Source: Leptogorgia sarmentosa (taxonomy: Eukaryota). From it: a DNA stretch of 64,000 bases. This document shows, piece after piece, positions 48,101 through 60,100 of the stretch. A program made the position numbers and the translations under genes. Position 1 is the stretch's first letter, and each line of letters begins with the position of its first letter. The notes beneath the pieces were generated by a model that saw only the letters and a list, made by a program, of their open reading frames with translations, was not told the origin of the DNA and did no database searches. The stretch is from positions 3,472,001-3,536,000 of the forward strand of contig OZ210885.1 in the NCBI GenBank assembly GCA_964658305.1, read 5' to 3'.

Positions 48101-51100
48101 CGCTACAACGAATGTATTCTTTCTCGTTCAACGCAACTTTGGACTGAAATCAAGCGTGTTCAAAACACACCACCGAGGAAAAGAAAAATATTCGACCTAC
48201 AATATCTGTTGGACTCACACTTATATATAAGTGTTCGGGGTGGTGGTTGTATAAAGTTTCGAGAACATTACTACTGAGAAGAGGGAGCTTATTATAAACT
48301 ACAACGTGCAGGGATTGATTACCTTTTTAAGTTGCAGGGTGTGTGTCACATAATAAGCAAACTCTTGAATCTTCACCAAAGTCACTTCAATATCTCCATA
48401 CTTTTCAGTTCCGTTGTCCGGCCAGTACTTTTCACATTTGGGCTGGGAAAGAACATGATGTGAAAACTAAATGTAATGATAACGGTCTGGTCGTGGTGGC
48501 GGTGGCCTACTGACCTTGGCAAGTTCAAGGAGAGCAGTAACCATTATGATGGAATAACTCCGTTGTTCCCAAACCATTCTCCACATATCGTCAACAGTGA
48601 GCTTATTAGGGCCTTCAATGTATACGAACCAAAATTAAACGCAAATTCTCGTCACATTTTAATTGTTACATGCAGTCTCCTTTATCCGAAATCCGCACCA
48701 TTGCTCACCTTGACAGGCAATGTAAGAATTTTCCTTCACTCCCTTAATGCACAAGAAATTCGTGTCAGAATTAAACATCTATACTATATACAACGTACAG
48801 TATATAGCAACGTTCTTGCAAGTGCCAATAGAGTTAAATATAGCTATTTTTATTATCGGAGCTATACTTGATGTGTTATTCTCAGTAATTGATGTTGGTT
48901 TCAAACAGAACAAAACTCTCTTTTAGTGCAGTTTATTACTATGCATAGTCAAGTCAATATAAGAATTAACACTTACGTCCATATAGCTAGCGTTGATGTA
49001 ATCCTTACGTTCATCTCCTGAAAGGACGACGCGACAGAAATCATCTGCAACAATTGAAAATACATAATAAAATATCTATACTTGATATGTAAACATGCAG
49101 TTTTTACAATAGGCATACCGTATACAAAGAAAACGCCCTTTGGCAAGCATGCGAAAACGAGGCTGAATCGCTAGACCTTGTTAGTACAGCACGAAGGACT
49201 CCAGCAACGCCACAATTGCCTTATAAAATTTGACAAAATTGACATTATCAGCCAACTTTGTGGAAAATTTTGTTAAAATGGAAAATGAATTGCAATTGTT
49301 AATACGGCTCAGCGATTCATTCAGCCTCGCTTTCGAGTTTATTGACTTTATATGCTTTCTGAAAGGGGTGAATTGAAAATATAAATTTAACTGCTGTACA
49401 TGTTACGATATTCCCATATCTGTTTTTCTTCTTATTAAACGCTTTCTTGGCCACTTCCCAGGATGTTTTCATGTCTTTTGGCAAATCCTAACAAATAAGA
49501 TAAACTATAGATAAACTACCGGGTGTCTCAAAAAGAAGTATCGGTGTTTGATTTGTTCTACCAGTCAAACTGGGCAGGTACTGTAGTCTCTGTAAAATGC
49601 CCTTTATCGAATTCAGAAAGGCCTAACTTAAATTTTGATATATGACACGAGGATGTTTGAGAAATATTCAATGAGATATTAACGATTTCATTTCTGAGAC
49701 ACCCGGTATATATATATGTAATAACGTATGATCGGGGCCTTTTTGAAGTTTTCAACTACAAAATGGGACTTCAGAGAAGTAAGTTACAATGTTATTTAAA
49801 GCGTAATTATTATGATTTAGTAATGTTCCAGGTTTTTATTCTTGTATTTATGTGTCAAATTTGTTTACGATCGTCACTTACTTTAAATTGTTTCTTGAAT
49901 TCACGGTTGTCGTTTGCTTTCAGTTCGTTGACATAATGTGAAAATTCTTCAACTGGCACAGGTGGATGTGCTTTTACTCCAATGTCGCCTTAAAATTGAA
50001 ATAGTTAAATCAGGGACCGCGGAGCGTTTTGGGGATTGGTGGGGCTTACGCGAACGCGGAAGGTCTGACAGAGCCATAAGGCTGTCTGGCGGCATGCCCC
50101 CCGGGACAATGTTGAAATTTTAGGCCTGTGAAATGGCTGTGAATGCTTCTAAATTTAACGCTGATTGGGAAATAGTAGACGCTTTTTTGTTGAGCATACT
50201 AAATTGCGAAGTAATGCACCGTAGTCCCAAGTATTGCACCTAAAACTAAAGCAAATATCTACTGTATAGTTCGTTTATTCTAGATTGAAAAATTTTTTAA
50301 CATTATCTTACTCGATTCATTTGAATAGATGTCTTTATTATTTCCATTGGCAGTTGGAACATTTGCCTCCCCGGCGTCTTCTTCATTATTTTCGTTTTCC
50401 AATCCGTTCATCACTTCATCATTGCGACTGTCATTACCATTTTCATTGGCAACAGAATCCTCTGATTGGCTGTATCTGTTTTCGAACGTGTTTATCTCTT
50501 GATCATTGCTCTCTTTTCTTTTCTTGCCATGCTGTTTGTACGTATTCCTACGGACATAGGAATAGAGAAGTCCATAGCTATATACCAGGGGCGCCGGAAG
50601 CACAGGGTCATCGGGGGCAGCGGGGGCAGTGCGGGGGGAACTCGTTGCCCTTTTTCCACAAGAACTGTATTTTGTTTTTCTTAATCATTCATTATATATT
50701 AGCGTTAACAGATGTTGTTTCTTAAACATAATTCAGTGTAAAGTAATGTAATGTAGGTGGCTTCCGGCGCCCCTGCTATATACTCTGCGTCAACTAAGGC
50801 ATCAGTTCAATATAGGCTTGTAATCACCGAGCCTGAGGCGACTAATTGTTAAATAGACGACGGTTCGCGAAAAATGGAAAGGAATATGGCTACTGCAGAA
50901 AACTCGCGTTTTGCTGAGGTTTCTGAAGAATTTTCTTGATATAAATAATTCTGGGCAGAGAGTGTATACTACCCGCTCGTGTATACTACTACTACTCACA
51001 TACTATTCGCTCATAGACAACTCGGCCTTGTTGTCTAATTGTTAAATAGAAACACTGTTTTTTTCCGACCAATCAACACCCGTGTTTTAAGAGGCTATTT

Positions 51101-54100
51101 TATAAACCGGAATAGAAAATTTACCTTCTCCTGAAGTAGATAACAGCAAGAACCAAAGCGACAACAATAAGAACGGCGGCAGCAACTGCGATGCCTGCAA
51201 CAACAGCAACACCTGGACCTCCACCACTACTTTCTTCATCTTCTTTACCTTCATTACTGACTATAAAAAATATTTTTTGAAAAATTTCAAGAAAATTAAT
51301 TTTGAATAAACATTGTTTTTAAAATACTTTTCCCTTGCGGCGTATCCGCCCAGGATCGGTAGTAGAACGTTAATTGAGGAGTGGGGGAGGGAGGGGGGGG
51401 GGGGGGGGGAGATTCATATTTTGGCGTTCTGGCGACTGATTTCTGTTGAAAATATAATTCATAAACAACTGATGCAAACTGTCGGCAGAACGCCAGTTAA
51501 GGTTCTAGCGCCGGGCCTGTATCTGCCATCTATTTTTTAAAATATCTGGGACTACATAATATTCACACGATTCCTGTACGAAATTGTGCGATACCGTCAC
51601 TTTTCCCGTCACAAAACAATGCCAGTTCGTATTTCTTATAATTATAGCCTTCTTTGAACTAGCTGTAGCTACATGTAGCCTACCTCCAATGAAAGTGAAA
51701 GGTTCAGTCCAATATGACCAACGTTCATTCTAAAAGACACATGTAAGTTATAATGTCCAAGTTTCAGTTAAGCAAATATCACTATGAAGCTATCCTTCAT
51801 TGCGAAAAACAAGGTCTTGTAAGCCCGCAAGTCGTCACCAATACTAATAGCAATGATATGTTATTTTATCCTGTTTTGAACCCATGTGATAATTAAAAAT
51901 AAATGGTTATTTATCGACGTCAGATGACCATCTCGGCCATTTTAACAGGGGGAATTAAAAACTCTCACAACAATTTGAAAAACGATTAGGCTATAATTAT
52001 TATGCAGTGTCATTAAAAGGGATATTGTCGCTCCTGGGAGGGAACTCTGTCAGCCCCCAGTTTTAATCGGGAGAGCTCTCTGACTTTACCTCAATTGATG
52101 TTAACATTGGCAATGCCGCGATTTCTCAATTGAAAATTTCTGACTTGAGTGCGTTTTAAAAGACGTTTTTTGCATGAATCTTTCCTGCGCAAAGAAGTTA
52201 TTTTAACCTACCTCAGACTCGTCAGTGTTTAATTGGGCAGCTCTGTAGGTTGACATAGGTGACAATGCCTCAACTACAACTGCATTTCTCTTTCTTCGTC
52301 GTTTGTCTGGAATCTGTTGAAGTGATATTTCTATTGTATCTTCTTGAAAGTCCGTTATATCAAATACTTTAGCTTTAAAGGCGATATCGTTCTCTTCATC
52401 TGAAGGAGGCGACGACCGCAACTCAACTTCTTCTGGTGCCAGGAGATTTTGTGATTTGAGTAACACAAGGGCGACTTGCCTAAGAAAAGAAAGTATCTGC
52501 GTGTAGGTATTTCGTTATCTGGAACCTTGTTTCTTCTTGGAATTCGCAATATTGCAGTTTGGTTACAACTTTTACCTATAGTTTCGTCTGACTAAACTTT
52601 CGCACTTTAAGCGCGGTCTAAAACGTCAACTATCTCAAGGTAAGTAACTCAGAAAAGTTTACAAGATTTCAAAGTTAAGAAAACAAAGACATGTTTTACA
52701 ACAAAATGATTCTATTATAGTCAAATTATTAACTATTTCATGTCAACTTACGTAATATTTTGCTCTTTTGTTGGTTTTATCAGTGTAACCGTGAAACTGT
52801 CGTTCAATTTAGTCGGCATTTTCAAGGGCGCTACATATAGAAGGGATAAAAAACAAATAAAATTGAATAATCAATTGGGAAAACAACCAAATTGTTTTGA
52901 TCGCCTACGCTTTAACTATATGCCAGAATTTTGAGATGTACTAAGGCAGGTTGAGAAGTTTCTTCAAACATTGTTTTAAAAGTACTTTTGAATGAGCGAT
53001 GCAGAACTTTATATACTAAAGTACACCCCCCCCCCCCTTCCAAGAAAACGTTTGGCGCAGATAAATTTCCCAGTTCCATAGACTAAACCGTTCCTACTGC
53101 ATGTCAGATTGTAGAAAAACATTTCATGTATTTTTTACCTGAATGAGAGAACCAGGTTCTTGACGTCACATTACTTATTCCCGGCTCGGTCACAACTTGT
53201 ATTTCAAAAATGTATTGTTTCTCATATTCAACATCAATAGCAATAGATGTCATATCCTTTGATACATTTTTAGAATTATTGGATCCATTGAGAACTCCGT
53301 AGTTTATAATGTACTTCAGGACGGTTTGTCCAGCAGGCAGTGTTGGTTGAACCCAGAAGATAGTGTACGTTTTAGAGGCAGTTGATACGATCCTTGAAAT
53401 GACTGCGGGAGGTGCTACGACAAAAAAACAATGGAAGATCAATCACATATTTTTAGAGAGGAAAAGTTGTTGTTTTTAATAGATAGATTCGAACAATGTG
53501 TTGCTACAAAATACAGTGTTTTAATACCAAGGTGATGTTCACCTTGATGAAATAAATTTGTCCTCATTTTTAGCAGATTATAAAGGTGATTGCACAAACA
53601 GCACCCTACGACACCTTAACCCGATGTGAATAAATTCTCTAAGCATTTTAACCCGACGAGTACAAACTTTACTCGTACGCGATTTTAATGACGGAAAATA
53701 GAAAAAGGGATACAGTTTTTCCTGAGAATCATTAATTTTATACTATTATTTAAACTTCAACTTAAATATTTAAACAACTTTTCAAGCAAGGCAGAACCAC
53801 AACAAATTTTATAGGGTACTTTGAAGCAGCCCATAATGTTTTTTTTATTCACATGAAACTCATTCGACATATGAAGATTTTAGAAATTGCTCTTCTAGGG
53901 GAAGTTCTTCTGTACCGATAACTACGTTCGCTATTTCAACCTTCTCCAACATGTGATTGATCGTATTTGTAAAAACATTATTAAATTGTTTAAATACGAG
54001 GGTATTCAATTTCGCGTGTGTAAATTTGTGCGGAATTTTTATCCACGCGACTTTAATTTGCGATTTTTTTCCAAGCGCGAAATTAAAGTCACGTGAAATT

Positions 54101-57100
54101 AAGTACGAATACATACCGATTCCTCTTGTCATGAAAAGTTTGGTAACTATTTGACTCTTTTGTGATGAACCATCCTGAGTTTGAATTCCCACAGAATACG
54201 AAGTATACGGTAAAAGTCCCTCTATAGTTACTTGAGTCCCCCGAGATACAGTCTTGTGTACTTGGCCGTCGAGGTATATGATGATCTCTGTTATATAGCT
54301 GGAGTGCTGAATTGATGTAGATATTTCCCACATTACGGTTGCAGAGAATTTCGACGGTGAAACTGTGATATTGGATGCTTCATCTGGCATTTGAACTAAA
54401 AGCAAAGTATGGACGATTAAACGTTTTACAGCTTTAACCAGGGGCATAGCTAAGTTCATTTCTTGCGGGTTGAGATGCGAGGTACTCAGGTACTGTCCGG
54501 GGGCGAGTGCTTGCTCCACTAGAACAGGTTGAAATGTAGACTGCATTTTCCGGGTGAGAGTTCAGAATAAATCATAAATACTCTATTCCTCAACAACAAC
54601 ATTATTGGATCTTCTCACCCCCCCCCCCCCCCCCCCCTTCCCCCTTATCACATCTACACAATTTTAGACCTTTTGTGAGAATGGTCCTAACAGAAATTTG
54701 AGGGGGCAGAAAACGCTCTAATTTAAGTCGTTAAACATCTTGAATACCTTCATATCTTGAGTATTGAGTAATACGATTTACCATGCTAACTACTAATTAT
54801 AATTACTATTTGATATTACAATACGACAAAAACTTTGAAGTCGACTAACTATCATGTTTTTTGGCGAATTGACATTGTCCGCATTGATGTATGTTATTCA
54901 CTGCTCGTTAATTTCTTACCCTCTCCACAAAGTTCTATACGTAGACAAAAGCTTCTGTTTCCAGTGGACTCTATTTTCATGTGTCTAACATTATAAATAT
55001 CAAGGCTTGTTCTTGATGCTTGGTAGCCGTTTTGGTTTCCAAATTCCTGAAAATTAGGAAGAACTCGTGATCTCAAACAATTACGTTAACAAATATGTAC
55101 ATCATTAGCTATTATTTATTACTGTATTCGCAAGCGCACGCAGGAAGACAAGGAAATGCTTTTTCCAAAACTCGTTCAATTCCTTCAATTGTTAAGTTAA
55201 ATATGTGCAGTCTTAGATAGTTAGATTTAAAATCTCCTCTCTTTTTCGACGCTTTATACTTGTCTAAAAATACACTATTGTATACCATTAGTTAGATTAG
55301 GTACTAAATCACGTTTCTGTTTTATATTACAAGGGGATAGGAGTCAATCCTAGATACGTTAATTAGCAAGGTCTTGTTTCATCAAGTCTTCTGTACCAAC
55401 TTCTCTTTTAATTCTACCATTCATTTTCAGGAAAGCATTTATTTCATTACACTAATAACTGTACCTCTGCGCTGTTTTTATAAGAAATGTCGTGACTGTA
55501 CTTCATAGAATATGAGCCACTCCATTTTGTTTGTTCTTCATCAGCCATAACTACAACTTGAGTTATGTGATATTCTTTCTGAAGGTCAAGCAAGAGGTAC
55601 GTGCTGTCGGACGCCAATGGACACCAGCCACTTTTAGTGATTCTCGCATCTTTGTAGTTCCCACTTGGATCACCACTGCCGGAAAAAACAGAGTCTGGAA
55701 AAGTATTTTCATCTTGGAGAAGTGGGTTCTTACATATATTGCCTGCAACGAAAATTGAAAAATTAATTTAAATTCATCGGTGCAGGAATACAATATTACT
55801 TTTTGTGGCAGGAACAATTATATCTCAGACTGAATTATGTACATTTTCAAAACATTGATTCAGCCATATTCGCATGTTGAAATTACGTCATTCATTTAGG
55901 TAGGTGCTTACTCTGAACAAAAACACAATCATCGCAGTGAGTTAAATGTTTCCTGCATTTTTCGGCATTGTTCACATGCTTAGAAATCCATTCTAGTATA
56001 GCAGAAATGTATTCGTGCAGCACCAAAATTAATTTAATGCAATATGGCGGCTCTGTATAGAACTGATAAGTGGAAAATTATTTTTCAGAATTTTCGTTTC
56101 ACATGCAGGCTTTGAAATTCACATGTATAACGTGATAACACAAACATTAATTTCTTTCGCCCAATAGATTCTTATCTCTTATTCTCTATATAGGTACTCC
56201 CTGTTAAATCCCAATAAATGGCCGAACTATGCCTTATTTTTGCAATAATCAGATGGGCCTGACTGCCATATGCACGTCTGAATGCACACGACAATTTTCA
56301 ATCTATGTTTTGTGAAGCTTTTTAGAATATATATCATGCACATCCTAATGAGTATGTAGGTTACCAAACACCATAAAAAATATAATTGCATGATGTGCAG
56401 CAGACTCATTGATGCCAAATAATTAATTGTAAATCTACAATTTGAGTCTGGTAAAAGCGGATGCTGTAATAATGTATTGGATTTGCCCCCTTTGCCGTGG
56501 GTTATGTTTTATTTTATAGTACCTATAATTGCACAATTGTATATCTTCCCAAATTAAGAAATGTACAACGCCTTTCACGCCTCAGCAACTTTCTCTTTCT
56601 TGCTACACGCAGAGCGTACTTACATCTCACATCTGGAATCGCAGTACTTGTATTGGTTGTTAAAGGATTAAGATGGACACAACAGGATGTTCTGTTTGAT
56701 TGTGTGTTATAACATATCAAATCCCCAGTTTCAACCTCTTCTCCACTCGCTAATTGTGTAGTTTCAATATTATTGCCATCAATCTCTTCAAATCCTAAAT
56801 ACTGGCACAGCATTTTTTGACGGTTTTTATCCCAGTTTTCTTCAACAACTTTCTTCCATATTGAACCATTTTTTATTTCAATATACCCTTCGTTTCGGTT
56901 TGACAATCTAATATTGGGAGCTGAAACATTGATAATATTATCAAATTACGAACACTCCTAATAAAATAATTCTTAGTGCTTTATTATCATTCGGAAAGAT
57001 CTGTTTCTGAAGTCATGAAACAGTTGGGCAGTACTGGTTTTAACATTTTGAACACATTTAATAAAAAACAAAAGAAAAATATATTTTCTTGAAAAAATTG

Positions 57101-60100
57101 CTGCTGAGATTTGCGTTTCATCGCTTATTATGGTTATGAAATACTTCGCATTCAAAGAAACGTCGTACGCAAAGTGCATCGTTCTTGAAGAGAAGAAAAA
57201 AATTTAAAAAAGAAAAATAATATAAAAACAACATTTCAATAAATTTTACCTGCAGTTATAGCGGAGGAGCTGTTGGTATCCACACAAGTGTACTTGGTAT
57301 ATATTTGTTTTGAAATATCAGAACAATATTGCGATGGTAGCAAATTACTGTCGAGTACCAGTTCACACGATGTCTCTCCGCTACAACGAGATTTCACTTG
57401 GCAAGTGGTAAGCTTGCTGCATTGTGTATCAATGTTTGGCTTGGGATTAAATGTACCACTATCATTAAAATCTCCATAATCAGCACTCTTTACCATCATA
57501 TGCTGTTCTGAAGAGCAGTGGAGATTTTTCATTTCAGCGTTATAGGCTGTCACTGAACCTATAAAACAGAGTTGATATTAGACTAATTTTCCCAATCGTG
57601 GAATGCATTTAAAAAAATTTCCAATTATATGAATTTTCCTCTGGTCATAGAGAAATCTGGCATTCTGGCATCGCAATAAGTAAGAGATAAACTAAGTGTG
57701 AAAAGCGATTTGACACAGCGACCAAATAGTTAACATTTTGTACTGTATTAGCTTTCGCAATTTCAAATTCCGCAATGCAAAAGACCGTTGGCTATATACA
57801 AACAGTGAAATTTTCATATCAACTCAAATCAATGGCTAACCAAATATGAATTTTTCACATTCATATCAGGAAAATGACGTCAAAGAGTGAATATGAAAAA
57901 TATTTTGACTCGCTGACGCCATAATGACGACGACGAGGAAAATAAAGATTCGTTGAATACAAGAAGATCAACAAAAGCTCCTGCAGACCTGCTTTCATTG
58001 TTTTTGAAGATTAGATAAAAACGAGTATGAAGTTTGTACAAAATAGCGAAGAACTTGGTTTGAATTTTTACAGTTTTTCAAAGTACCTTTCCCAAGTTTG
58101 TTTTGAATATTCCCAATTACTGAAAAAATTGAAGAAGTGCGGCCAGGATTAATTTTCGGATTTGTATTTCATTTATTATTTTCCCGTTGAAGGCTGCAGT
58201 CTGGTAGCCGAAAGCTCGAACAATAAAATTCATTTTGGTCAGAGAACGTGTCTATAATTTGTTCCCAAATCACATTACCAAATTTGGAGTGTTGCGTGAA
58301 AACTTACGAATCCAAAGTTGCATGTTGGTGAGTTGAGTACTGAAGTTCCCGACTAAAGTACTGAAGTAGCGAACTAAACTACTGAAGTAGCGAACTAAAG
58401 CTGGTTTTGCACTAACGGATGTTTTTGCTCGAAGAAACTTTTCTCTTTTATCTAAGCTCAATTAGTTCCAACCGGTTGCAGCTGCAAGCTCAAGGGCGCT
58501 CGCTTTATTTCAGTACTTCAGTACTTGAATTGAGATTTGAGAACTTCAGTACTGAATTCACCAACACCACAACTTCGCTTTGCAAGTTTTCACGCAAAAT
58601 TCCAAATTTGGTAATGTAATTCGCAAAATTCGAAACAAACACGGGAACCGCGCTTTAAAAAGGGACCTGAAATCCACTGTAAATAAATAATAGACCAATT
58701 AAATTCAGTTTTCGCACAATATGAAGAATTATCAAGCCCAATGTTTGCCCTCATTTGACGAATTTCAAAAGAAATCTGTCGGGGAGAACACGAATTGAAT
58801 TTGTAATCAGTTTTATTCTTTCGACATAGTTGTGCGCGGTGTCCAGTATAATTCTCACTTACCGAAGGTAAACTTTTGCTCTGCTGTGTTACCACACGTT
58901 GCATGTAATATATAATTTGATGAACTGGACTGAGCACATACACCCCGATTGTACAAGAATAAAGACCCTGCAGCTGTTTGTTTTAAATAATTGGAACTGC
59001 TGATTTCGTTCCTAACTCTACTGGGATGTATGCCATTGTAAACCCACCAACGAGACATATAGCCGCCGGGAGACCACAGCGTTCCTAGCTTCTCAATATT
59101 GAATAACAGCGGCTTGTCAAGATAACGGAATTGTGCTGTATCGTTCAAGCAGTTGTCAGTCAATACAACAAAGTAAGGAATAGCGTCCTTTGGAGCATCG
59201 TACACGAGATCTTCCGATGGCGTAATACACTTTCCAGTCTGGGTATGCCTGAGGAAAAGGCCTCGACAATCTGAACATAGAAGGATAAAAATTGAATGAT
59301 AATGATGCAATTATCAATGACACTGATAACAAAGAAAGTATCAATAAAATAATTTCCGCGCGAATATACTCAGGCTATACATGTAAAGTTCTGATCCCGC
59401 GACACATTGATATTGCTTTCTCTCCCCAATCTTTTTCGACATGAATGTATATTTTAGCTGTACCGATTTTTTTTTATCAATTTGTCACATACATGGTGTA
59501 TACATGTCGCAAAAAAATACACTCTATAGTTGTTGATCTAAATCACTCTTTTGTTGTTGATCTTGGGTTATTACACCTCTGGAAACCGATTAGCTTCTAA
59601 CGAGCAGTAACACAAACACGTGTTGTTATAAATACTTCTGTCGTTCATGTACCTATCAATTCAATTTTCAAAGGTGTAACAACGCGCGTTTAACAAATAA
59701 AAAAAGCTGATTTCTACATAGGGGACTTTTTGGGGGACACCCTGTATACGAGGAAGCTACCAAAAATCGAAAACCATTGAAAATAATCCATTGTTAGAGT
59801 TTCAATGCCTTGATGAAGTTGAACCCACGAGTGCATAAATTAGGTCTTGAAAAAATATTATTTTTTAGAATTTACGAAGTTCCTTTGAATTCCCAAAACA
59901 GAAAATCGATTGTGTGCGTTTTAAAACGATATTTTAAACTCTCCCCCCCCCCCCCCGCGAAGTAACGTGCTAGCTACGGCCCTAACAGTATTTGATTCAT
60001 ATATAGAATTCAACTTGTCTTCAAGGACTGATATAAATCAATGAATGTTCCTCATTCCTGAAAAGGTAATGAACTGCGTACTTTGTCAATAATTTTGCTG

